The notes below the pieces were generated by a model, which worked only from the letters and a program-made list of their open reading frames with translations, did no database searches and had not been told where the DNA came from. Position numbers and translations under genes: made by a program. From a virus (Duplodnaviria; Caudoviricetes), in IMG/VR virus record IMGVR_UViG_3300033073_000410, positions 32,001 to 96,000 of that record: a stretch of DNA of 64,000 nucleotides; one strand, 5' to 3'. Every line of letters starts with the position of its first letter. Position 1 is the first letter of the stretch. Of this stretch, positions 29,410 to 38,385 are shown one piece after another.

Positions 29410-30024
29410 TTATGTTTCCGTTTTGTTATCAAAACTTGCGAACAACACTTCTGAATTGGGCGTTAATGTTTTGGTCTTGTTGTTGTCCCAAGCCAAATAG
29501 ATATCTGACCAATCTGTTTTGGGCTTAACTAACTTAACAACTTTCTTAGAAGAATTCTTAACTTTAACATCATTGATTTTACATGAGCATTCATTCCACC
29601 ATCCGTGTGACATAAAGGGTCCGATGTTATCTTCTACTTCAACCATGCAACTTACACCATCGCTCAATGCAGAACCAATTTGAATATCAGTGAGTAATAG
29701 TCTGCCCTCAGCGATTGCGTTTATCTTTACCATTAGCATGATACCAATCACTTGGTCATACGGATCTTCAGGTAATGAACACACTTTTAGATTTGCACTA
29801 CTATACTTTTCAATCATTTGAGTTTCTGATTGGTTGATAAAGATTGCATCAGTTAACACTTCATGTACTAAGTGTTTGATTCTTTCGAGCGCAATGTTTT
29901 GTTCTTCAATCGATTCAGTACCCACATTCATTGTCAAGTCAATGTCATATGAATTCATAAAGAACGAACCACTGAAGTACGCACCAGCTAAGAAATTTAA
30001 GTTTGTACAAACTCTTGCTGTCAT
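29410..30024 (-). CDS. Hypothetical protein
   Basis: 204 aa; LPEDPYDQ motif. Confidence 0.6.
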   Translation of the reverse strand: MTARVCTNLNFLAGAYFSGSFFMNSYDIDLTMNVGTESIEEQNIALERIKHLVHEVLTDAIFINQSETQMIEKYSSANLKVCSLPEDPYDQVIGIMLMVKINAIAEGRLLLTDIQIGSALSDGVSCMVEVEDNIGPFMSHGWWNECSCKINDVKVKNSSKKVVKLVKPKTDWSDIYLAWDNNKTKTLTPNSEVLFASFDNKTET

Positions 30025-30260
30025 TTTGAACTTTCAACGTTGATTTGATTTTGGGCGTTCTGCTTTTTAAACAACTCGTCCATTTTACTAGCGTATACGG
30101 CTCTGTAGTTTTCTAGTACCATTTGAATTTGATAGACTAGTGCCGCATTGCGGGTGCGTGAGGCAAAATTGAGTTTATCCGTTAAATCAGTAATCTTCTT
30201 ACCAATTTCGTCTAAACTCAACTGTGCTATTTCATTGTTATCGATGAAGGGATGTTGCAT
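30021..30260 (-). CDS. Hypothetical coiled-coil protein
   Basis: 79 aa; CTAAATA 5 nt before ATG. Confidence 0.6.
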   Translation of the reverse strand: MQHPFIDNNEIAQLSLDEIGKKITDLTDKLNFASRTRNAALVYQIQMVLENYRAVYASKMDELFKKQNAQNQINVESSK

Positions 30261-30297
30261 GAAAATATTTAGTAGTCAGCAACCGGCTAAAACTATT

Positions 30298-31110
30298 TTA
30301 GCTAATAACGTATAACGGCATCCTACCCCAAATTGGTGTTTCACCGTCATATGGCCCCACGCATAGGTACATATATTGCCCGTCTGAACAGATAGTTCCG
30401 GGACCGTCACCAGGTAGACCAATCGGATCAGTGATAGAACGTAGATTCAATCCGCCTGCTTTTTGGTTTCTGTTTACTGGGTAAATATCAAGTGTTGTTC
30501 CACAATCAAGTGATGATATATTGTACACCATTAATGACACTCCATTTGGAACTCCAGTTTGATTACTAAATACACCAGGTGCTAGATATTGAGAACCATA
30601 GTTTTCTAATTGCTGTACACTCGGAGTTGGTCCACTTAATAACTCACCTGTATCAGTATCATGGGTAGATGGAGGGAATGTAATAACTGTACCTTCTTCC
30701 ACAATTAAACGAATTTGAATTTCAGTTTGAACCACCTTGCTACCAGTAGTAGATGGCCAGTTATCAAAGTAGATAGTTACTGGTCCGGATACTGTACCAT
30801 ATTGTACGTCACCTTTAGAAACATCAACTACAATAGTTCCCTCTAAAGCACTACCCAAATGGTATGAACTCTTTCTGTATGTTTTAGTTTCTACGTTAGA
30901 GATTTGTCCTCCACCCATATCATTGTTAAGAGCAGTACCATTCAATGCACTTTTAACTAGGACTTTAGATTGCAAGTCTGTTAGTTCATCTTTAGTAATG
31001 TCTAAGTTGTTTTTGATTGAGCCAAAGTTGTCTCTGAATCCCTGCGAAGAATTGTTGATTCCCGGTACAGGGTAATTGATGTTCATTCCGTTTGTGTTAA
31101 TATCACTCAT
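30298..31110 (-). CDS. Putative virion (baseplate/fibre-associated) protein
   Basis: YPVPGINNSSQGFRDNF N-terminus; G.PG.I.SDGQYMYLCV...W C-terminus. Confidence 0.55.
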   Translation of the reverse strand: MSDINTNGMNINYPVPGINNSSQGFRDNFGSIKNNLDITKDELTDLQSKVLVKSALNGTALNNDMGGGQISNVETKTYRKSSYHLGSALEGTIVVDVSKGDVQYGTVSGPVTIYFDNWPSTTGSKVVQTEIQIRLIVEEGTVITFPPSTHDTDTGELLSGPTPSVQQLENYGSQYLAPGVFSNQTGVPNGVSLMVYNISSLDCGTTLDIYPVNRNQKAGGLNLRSITDPIGLPGDGPGTICSDGQYMYLCVGPYDGETPIWGRMPLYVIS

Positions 31111-31130
31111 ATTATTTTTCCGTGAAGTAT

Positions 31131-33284
31131 TTAGTATGTGTTCTTGGGTAGAATCGTTTTCTCTGGGAACACGACTACCAAATCATTTGTGTCTAGTGGA
31201 TACGGTGTGGGTGTTGCGCTTGGCAATTCAGACCACCCTGGCATTGAAGTCATATATGGATTCCAGTTGAACGTACTACTCTTATCGATAATATATCTAT
31301 CGACAGTAAATTCTACTTTGTTTAACGGGAACGTAATATTATTAATGATATTATCTCTAATAGTGCTTGATGCCCCTTCTACTGTGTAGCATATGACCCA
31401 AGCAGGAATATACCCTAGAATAGAACCGTCTACTTGCTGACTAGTCATCCACTTTGGCAATATATTACTATCTAAGTTTTCACCCAACACAGAAGCAACG
31501 TGTGCTCTCATGTTTTTCAATCCAGCCGGATACAATGTTCTAACTGTGCCAGGCGATAAACTAGTATTGTATTTGTTATCAAATGAATTGCTAGTATAGA
31601 TATCTCCAGCGCCAGTATCATAAGGGCCTAAGTTTCTACTAATCGGAACTTCCCAGAAAACACTCTTACTTGATGCATCGGCTTCGTTGATAATATCACA
31701 GTATACAACTTCGTACAAAATGTTTCCATTTGTATCTTTAGCAATCGCAGTCTTTACATCACCTATTAACAAATTGATATCAGAATGATTTCTACCCATC
31801 GCTGACAAATATGTTTCTAAACTAGTTGACTCTACCCCGTAGATGTGTACGAAAGAGACCATAGATGACTTACCAAAGTAAGGATCTTCGGGTCTATATA
31901 ATAACTCTGTAGGGAATATATTTTCATCATTCAACAAGTTATTCAATAGTTTACGCTGCGGGACTCCGGGAGCCGCTTTAATGTATACGTTCTCGATAGG
32001 TTTGTCGTAGTACTGTTCAACAGTCAACGTGAACGTTTTAGTCCCATTCAACATATTGTAATCTGTATTATACGCTTGAACAGCAAATATGAATTCTGTT
32101 TTGTTACCAGTCTTTGTTAATGTCTCATTCGGTTGAAACGATGTTCTTCCCATGATGTGACCTGTATCTGAAATTGACAAGTTAGGTGGAAGTGATCCGT
32201 GAACTAATCTATATTGCAACGGCAAAGCTGATGTTGCTTGAATAGACAAATCACTTATAGTTCCGTTATAGATAATACCCAAGTTACTTGGTGATACCCA
32301 TTCAATGTCTTGTACTACTTCTTTACGTACAGCAAAGAAATATTCAGAGAACTCACTGAAAATTGACGGGTTATCTAATTTTGCTACTCTTACATTGAAC
32401 TTGTACTTACTGATACCCTTTGATGAAAGAACTGGTCTTCCACTAATCCAACCAGTTTTAGTATCACCTACTAATCCTAGAGGTAGTTCATTGTATTCGT
32501 ATACAAATTCACCATTGTCAAAGTCTTTACCGATAATTTTAAATGTGATGAATGCACCACTGTCAACATAGATAGTATCCTCATTGATTAAGTAATAATC
32601 AAAGAAAGGATCACTGCTACTCAATGGCAATGATAGTGGTCTACTATTTAAGATAACAGGTGGCCTAGTGTTAGTAGGATGCGTGAATCTATGATTGCGA
32701 ACAGTGATTGAGTATATACAAGTGTGAGTACCCAATGAACTCTTAAGAGCTACTGTAAAATCGTATGTTTTAATTACTGGAATCTGACCATTAAGAGGCG
32801 GAGTCGCATATCCTCTGATTACCCCAGATGTTGTCAAGTCAAGTCCCGGTGGCAATGCCCCCGATGTAACTACCACTTCAACTTGCTCATTTAATGGGTT
32901 GGAATATTGTAGCTGAAACTCTGTCCACTTACTATCAACAATATTTAAAATCTGACCTTTAGGGGTAGTGAACGTGGGCTTTTGAATGCCTGCAACAGTA
33001 ATTGAGAATGTTCTATCTTTAAAATCCCCAAACTCATCGGTAATTCTAATAGTAAAATCAAACGTAGTATCTACGTTTAACAGTTTAGGCAGACCTGAAA
33101 TCAATCCTTCTGTTGATAATGATAAATCATTTACTTGACCAGTAGGCAATGATCCACTTATAATTGCAAATGTTAAATTAGTTGCAGGTGCAACTGCCGC
33201 AGCCTGCAACTGTATGCCAATGTGACTGTTAGATGGGTATGAGCCCAAGTTACCTGCATCGGTTAACCAAACTGGTTGAGCCAT
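31131..33284 (-). CDS. Virion protein with tandem putative Ig domains (baseplate-wedge-like)
   Basis: About four SGxLPxGLxLxxxGxIxG repeats. Confidence 0.65.
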   Translation of the reverse strand: MAQPVWLTDAGNLGSYPSNSHIGIQLQAAAVAPATNLTFAIISGSLPTGQVNDLSLSTEGLISGLPKLLNVDTTFDFTIRITDEFGDFKDRTFSITVAGIQKPTFTTPKGQILNIVDSKWTEFQLQYSNPLNEQVEVVVTSGALPPGLDLTTSGVIRGYATPPLNGQIPVIKTYDFTVALKSSLGTHTCIYSITVRNHRFTHPTNTRPPVILNSRPLSLPLSSSDPFFDYYLINEDTIYVDSGAFITFKIIGKDFDNGEFVYEYNELPLGLVGDTKTGWISGRPVLSSKGISKYKFNVRVAKLDNPSIFSEFSEYFFAVRKEVVQDIEWVSPSNLGIIYNGTISDLSIQATSALPLQYRLVHGSLPPNLSISDTGHIMGRTSFQPNETLTKTGNKTEFIFAVQAYNTDYNMLNGTKTFTLTVEQYYDKPIENVYIKAAPGVPQRKLLNNLLNDENIFPTELLYRPEDPYFGKSSMVSFVHIYGVESTSLETYLSAMGRNHSDINLLIGDVKTAIAKDTNGNILYEVVYCDIINEADASSKSVFWEVPISRNLGPYDTGAGDIYTSNSFDNKYNTSLSPGTVRTLYPAGLKNMRAHVASVLGENLDSNILPKWMTSQQVDGSILGYIPAWVICYTVEGASSTIRDNIINNITFPLNKVEFTVDRYIIDKSSTFNWNPYMTSMPGWSELPSATPTPYPLDTNDLVVVFPEKTILPKNTY

Positions 33285-33287
33285 GAA

Positions 33288-33917
33288 TTATCCTTGATGT
33301 TGAAGTAGATCCAACACTAAATGATAGTGGTGTTGTCTGTCTTCCAAACCAATTGTACCTCCATTGATACGTTTTGTTAATGTAACAAAATCGTCTTTGT
33401 CGCAATATTGATTCAAATTATTGTTATCCCAGAACCAACCAGCAGAGCTAACAGCACCAGCAGGTGTTTCTAAGTATGCAACAGTTTCTTCGATTGAGAT
33501 ACCCAAATCTTCAGCAAACTTTGTATAGTTAGCACGACCAGTCAATTGAATCAAGCCACGGCCACAGAAACGATATCCGTCGCCACTTGCTTCGTCACCG
33601 TTGTTCATGCGATTGGCATAAACACGATTAGCAATCTTCTCTGGTTGACGCTCATATGCTTTCGCTGTTGCTTCATCAGGGAAGTACTTTTTGAAAGTAC
33701 CCATCAAACCCTTTGCGCCATAGTTCAAATTTTCTTTAACAAAGTTAAAGCCACCTGATTCATGCGCTACTTGTGCTAAGAAACCTGCAATACGATGTGG
33801 GTTATCATACATGTCATAGTATTCTGCTACTTCATGTAGTGGTTCAGCATACAATTCTAATACTGAACGTTTTGTCTTTGGGCATAGTGCCTGTAATAAT
33901 TCTACTGTTACTCTCAT
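33288..33917 (-). CDS. GH19 lysozyme/chitinase-fold endolysin
   Basis: FLAQVAHESG, ENLNY, GRGLIQLTGR, TKRINGGTIGLEDR. Confidence 0.92.
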   Translation of the reverse strand: MRVTVELLQALCPKTKRSVLELYAEPLHEVAEYYDMYDNPHRIAGFLAQVAHESGGFNFVKENLNYGAKGLMGTFKKYFPDEATAKAYERQPEKIANRVYANRMNNGDEASGDGYRFCGRGLIQLTGRANYTKFAEDLGISIEETVAYLETPAGAVSSAGWFWDNNNLNQYCDKDDFVTLTKRINGGTIGLEDRQHHYHLVLDLLQHQG

Positions 33918-33932
33918 AACTTCTCCTTAATA

Positions 33933-36900
33933 TTATGCGTACACGCCTGTCATTGCATACCACTGTGTAGTTGATGCTGATATAAACATTAATCTTGCTC
34001 CAGGAGCTAATGGATATGATGAACCGGCTGCAATATTTTCAATAGCTACTGAACCTGAACTAGGCCATACTCTTAATGTAGCTGATGTTGTGTTTACAAT
34101 AATCACTGTCATACCTGCGCTTGCTGGCAATTTAACTCCGTCATTGACACTAGCTGTTGCACTTGTAACAATGTTAATATCTTTCGTTAACTGTGTTGCA
34201 CCTGCCAGTGTTGTTCCTGCGGCTGCAACACCTCCACCTATACTTCTCAATAGATAACCACCGACGCTTAACTCTGAACCACTGTGTGAAATGTTTCCAC
34301 TTACGTTTAGCGCAGTCAATGTGCCAATACTAGTCAAGTTAGTTGCAGTCACAATGTTAGGCTGTGATGTTGCAGTCACACTTGCTGATGTACCAGTTGT
34401 GTTTTGGTTCAATGTAGGTATGACTGATACGGACAATGTACCTGAAGTAATGTTACTTGCATTCATTGACTGTAATGCTGCACCGTTACCGTAGATATTA
34501 CCCGTAATGTTAGCACCACTGATGTTGCCTACTACACTTAAAATACCACCGATGTTTGCGTTAGCGGTTACGATGTGATTACCACCTACTGCATGGTCTC
34601 CTAATACGTTTACGTTGCCGCCGCCCGTTACTCTACCTAAAGCGCCTGACGCTGTTGTTAATGGACCACCTGTGATAGTCAACACAACTTGCGTAGCGTT
34701 CGCAGAAGCTACTGATTTACCAGTCATGTTCCATGCCGCTGTATTGAAGCCAACTGTGTTCACAGATTGTCCAATGGAGAACGGAGTATAACCTTGGTCA
34801 GCATAAGTTAATGTCGCTGCCGTTGCGTTTGACGATACTGCGGTTACTACAATGTTAGACCCGATGTTTAATAATCCACCGATATTCGTGTTTGTAGTAA
34901 CGTTGTGATTACCTACAACTGCATGGTTTCCACCAACCGATGAGTTACCTGAAATACTTGCGCTACCAGTAGCTACAATATGTTGAATGCCTACGTTACC
35001 GATGTTAGCATTACCAGTGACGTTAAGTACTCCGGCAGTTGAAATGTTTCCACTGCTTATATTACCGGTTGCAACAACATGCAATGTTCCTAGGTTACCA
35101 GTATTTGCATTCGATTGTACTGAAAGTGTTCCACTTACTGCGTGGTTTCCGCCAACAGTATGGTCGCCTGCAACCGATAAATTGCCACCGCCGACTAGCC
35201 TACCCATAACTGTTGCAGTAGCTAGAGGTCCACCTGTGATAGTGTATACTACTTGCGTTGCGTTAGCAGATATTACAGATTTGTTAATACCGTTCCAAGC
35301 ACTTGGGGTGAAGCCACTTACAGTAATCAGTTGACCTACTGTGAAAGGTGTAAAGCCTTGGTCTGCGTAAGTTAGTGTAGCAGCCGTAGCATTTGATGTC
35401 GCTGTCAATACCGTAATGTTTGCACCAATTGCGTGATTACCACCTACTGCTGTATTTGATGTAACAAAGTGATTCGAACCGACAGTGTGATTGCCTGACA
35501 CTAATGCAGAGCCTGTTGCTACAAAGTGAGTAGTACCTACGTTACCGATGTTGGCATTACCGGTAACAGCGATTCTACCACTAATATTTGCATTACCACT
35601 TGCTTCAAAGTGAGTAGTACCTAAGTTACCTGTATTAGCATTACCGGTAATAGTAGCACCACCTGCAATGTTAGCATTACCACTTGCTATAAAGTGAGTA
35701 GTACCTAAGTTACCTATGTTTGCATTGCCGCTGATGTTTGCATTGCCACTTGCTACGAAGTGAGTAGTGCCCAAGTTACCTGTATTTGCGTTACCTGAAA
35801 CAAATATCTTACCTGCAATGTTAGCATTGCCACTTGCTTCAAAGTGAGTAGTGCCCAAGTTACCTGTATTTGCGTTACCTGAAACAAATATCTTACCTGC
35901 AATGTTAGCATTACCACTTGCTTCAAGGTGTGTTGTACCTACGTTACCAACTGTAGCATTACCTGAAATAGTGGCTGCACCACTGATACTAGTATTTCCA
36001 CCGACAGTATGGTCGCCAGCTAATGTCAAGTTGCCGCCGCCGGCTACTCTACCTGCAACTGTTTGAGGACCTGCAGTAGTTCCTGCAAAAGTAACTGACG
36101 TAGCGTTTGCCGCAAGAACAGTTTTTGTACCGTTAAATCCAATTGGAGTTACACCCGATACAACAACAGATGCACCAACTGCAAATGGGGTGAAGCCTTG
36201 GTCGGCAAATGTTACTGTTGAATTCCCACCTGAACTAGATGCACCTGTTGTTACTAAATTAGAACCGACGGAAACAGTTCCGCCAATCGCTGTGTTTGAT
36301 GTGACATTATGATTTCCACCGATGCTCATTGCACCGTTAGATGTTACATTACCTGCGACAATGTTACCACTTGCGTTTAAATGTGTTGTGCCTACGTTAC
36401 CAACTGTAGCATTGCCTGTGATGTTAGCAGAACCACTTGCGTTTAAATGTGTTGTGCCTACGTTACCAACTGTAGCATTGCCTGTGATGTTAGCAGAACC
36501 CGAAGCAACAAAGTGAGTAGTACCTAAGTTACCTGTATTAGCATTACCTGTAACAACAATCTTACCACTAATGTTAGCGTTGCCACTTGCTTCAATGTGA
36601 GTAGTACCTAAGTTACCTGCGTTAGCGTTACCAGTTACCACAATTGCACCGCTAATGTTAGCGTTGCCACTTGCTTCGATATGTGTAGTACCAATGTTAC
36701 CTGCGTTAGCGTTACCAGTAACAGACATAGCGCCACTGATGTTTGCGTTACCGCTAGCTACAACATGTGTTACACCAATGTTACCTGCGTTAGCGTTACC
36801 TGTTACTTTTAAGATACCAGCAACGTTTGCGTTACCGGTAGCTTCAACGTGACGAATACCGATGTTACCAATGTTGGCGTTACCAGTTACTTTCAAAATA

Positions 36901-38288
36901 CCGGATACGTTTGCATTACCAGAGGCTTCTAAGTGACGAGTACCGATGTTACCTGCATTGGCATTGCCGGCTACTGATAATATACCTGGAGTAACCAAGT
37001 TAGCACCTTGTAAGTTACCAGTAGCAATCAAGTTAGCACCTTGCACATCACCTGATGCAAGAATGTTAGTTGTACCTACATTACCTAAGTTAGCGTTACC
37101 ACCTACGTATAAGATACCTGATGTACCAAGATTGCCAACGTTAGCATTACCCGAAACGTTTAGCAAACCAGGGGTTGTAATGTTACCAGCATCAACGTTG
37201 CCAGTAGCAACAACGTTTAATGTACCAATGTTACCGGCATTTGCATTACCAGAAACTTGCAGAACACCAGAAGCAACTAAGTTAGCACTGTGTACGTTAC
37301 CCGAAATAGAAAGAATGTTACTTGCTTTACTGAACGTGAATCCAGGAAGAGCAGCAGCAACGCCGCCGTCATTGAAAAGAATTTCCGTGTCTTGTCCAGG
37401 TGGTGTGATGTTACCACCGACTAAGTTACCGGTAATGTTACCTGCAACGAATTCTTGAAGTACAGTCATTGTTTGTACTTGCAATGAACCTTGAACTTGC
37501 AATGATGTTAACGTACCGACACTAGTAATGTTTGGCTGACTTGAACTTGTAACTTGAGTAGCAGTCAATGCTGGACCCATGAAGTTACCATAGTAATAGT
37601 TAGCATCAACTCTATTACCCAAACGAGCATTACCAGAGTTAACGTTAGCACTAGTAGTAATGTTTCCTGAACCTGTGAAAGCACCAGTTAAAGTTAATGC
37701 GTTACCAGTGAATGTCAGGTTCTGACTAGCTGCCATGTTACCTTGGTTGTTGAACAAGATTTGTGTGTTTGAACCAGGGGCAGAATATGTAACAGCAGAA
37801 ATAGATGGAGTTACAATGTTACCGATGAAATAAGGAGCAGTAATGTTACCGGTACTTGTTAAGCTAGTTAATGTACCTACTGACGTAATGTTTGGTTGTG
37901 AACCTGAGTTAGCAGTTAATCTACCTGATAAGTTAGTAGCTGCAACGCTAGTTAATGTAATAGAATCTTTAAGACCGATAACGAACGGGGTAACGTTCGC
38001 TCTAGTGTCAGTAATCGTTGCTACGCTACCTGATGCAGTTCCTACACCAACTTGCATGTTGTTTGTAGTCTGAATAGTGATAGACGGCATTAACGCACTA
38101 ATAGTTACGTTACCTGTACTGCGGTTAACTGCAATACCAGCGCCTGCTGCCGCGCTTACAACACCCGTTGATAGCGTTACGCCGTATAATTCTGTGAAGT
38201 TGTTTTGAACTTTACCAAACGCTGAACGAATTGAGTCCGCATCAGAGTCATTCGGAAAAGCACCTGTGTTAATATTTTGTTGAGACAT
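33933..38288 (-). CDS. Long repeat-rich tail fibre
   Basis: N-terminal NTG..PND..ADSIR.AF.KV..NF.ELY anchor; more than 20 GNANxGNxGTTH repeats; QPNITSVGTLTSL motifs. Confidence 0.8.
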   Translation of the reverse strand: MSQQNINTGAFPNDSDADSIRSAFGKVQNNFTELYGVTLSTGVVSAAAGAGIAVNRSTGNVTISALMPSITIQTTNNMQVGVGTASGSVATITDTRANVTPFVIGLKDSITLTSVAATNLSGRLTANSGSQPNITSVGTLTSLTSTGNITAPYFIGNIVTPSISAVTYSAPGSNTQILFNNQGNMAASQNLTFTGNALTLTGAFTGSGNITTSANVNSGNARLGNRVDANYYYGNFMGPALTATQVTSSSQPNITSVGTLTSLQVQGSLQVQTMTVLQEFVAGNITGNLVGGNITPPGQDTEILFNDGGVAAALPGFTFSKASNILSISGNVHSANLVASGVLQVSGNANAGNIGTLNVVATGNVDAGNITTPGLLNVSGNANVGNLGTSGILYVGGNANLGNVGTTNILASGDVQGANLIATGNLQGANLVTPGILSVAGNANAGNIGTRHLEASGNANVSGILKVTGNANIGNIGIRHVEATGNANVAGILKVTGNANAGNIGVTHVVASGNANISGAMSVTGNANAGNIGTTHIEASGNANISGAIVVTGNANAGNLGTTHIEASGNANISGKIVVTGNANTGNLGTTHFVASGSANITGNATVGNVGTTHLNASGSANITGNATVGNVGTTHLNASGNIVAGNVTSNGAMSIGGNHNVTSNTAIGGTVSVGSNLVTTGASSSGGNSTVTFADQGFTPFAVGASVVVSGVTPIGFNGTKTVLAANATSVTFAGTTAGPQTVAGRVAGGGNLTLAGDHTVGGNTSISGAATISGNATVGNVGTTHLEASGNANIAGKIFVSGNANTGNLGTTHFEASGNANIAGKIFVSGNANTGNLGTTHFVASGNANISGNANIGNLGTTHFIASGNANIAGGATITGNANTGNLGTTHFEASGNANISGRIAVTGNANIGNVGTTHFVATGSALVSGNHTVGSNHFVTSNTAVGGNHAIGANITVLTATSNATAATLTYADQGFTPFTVGQLITVSGFTPSAWNGINKSVISANATQVVYTITGGPLATATVMGRLVGGGNLSVAGDHTVGGNHAVSGTLSVQSNANTGNLGTLHVVATGNISSGNISTAGVLNVTGNANIGNVGIQHIVATGSASISGNSSVGGNHAVVGNHNVTTNTNIGGLLNIGSNIVVTAVSSNATAATLTYADQGYTPFSIGQSVNTVGFNTAAWNMTGKSVASANATQVVLTITGGPLTTASGALGRVTGGGNVNVLGDHAVGGNHIVTANANIGGILSVVGNISGANITGNIYGNGAALQSMNASNITSGTLSVSVIPTLNQNTTGTSASVTATSQPNIVTATNLTSIGTLTALNVSGNISHSGSELSVGGYLLRSIGGGVAAAGTTLAGATQLTKDINIVTSATASVNDGVKLPASAGMTVIIVNTTSATLRVWPSSGSVAIENIAAGSSYPLAPGARLMFISASTTQWYAMTGVYA
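35758..35925. repeat. Near-exact 84-bp tandem duplication in the fibre gene
   Basis: aagtgagtagtgcccaagttacctgtatttgcg... at 35758 and 35842. Confidence 0.85.
36366..36500. repeat. Exact 66-bp tandem duplication in the fibre gene
   Basis: accacttgcgtttaaatgtg... at 36366 and 36432. Confidence 0.9.
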
Positions 38289-38338
38289 TTCTAATACACC
38301 TTATTATGTATTTATCGTTGTTTAAAATACAGATACCC

Positions 38339-38368
38339 AAAAAAATAGCCCACCGAAGTGAGCTATTT
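38339..38368 (-). terminator. Intrinsic terminator
   Basis: AAATAGCTCAC-TTCG-GTGGGCTATTTTTTT. Confidence 0.88.
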
Positions 38369-38385
38369 CAAGTACGGTTTTGTTA

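Noticed and set aside
34900-37300. Regular DNA repeats resembling a CRISPR array
   Set aside because: Units are multiples of 3, degenerate at third positions, inside an open frame, and have no unique spacers.
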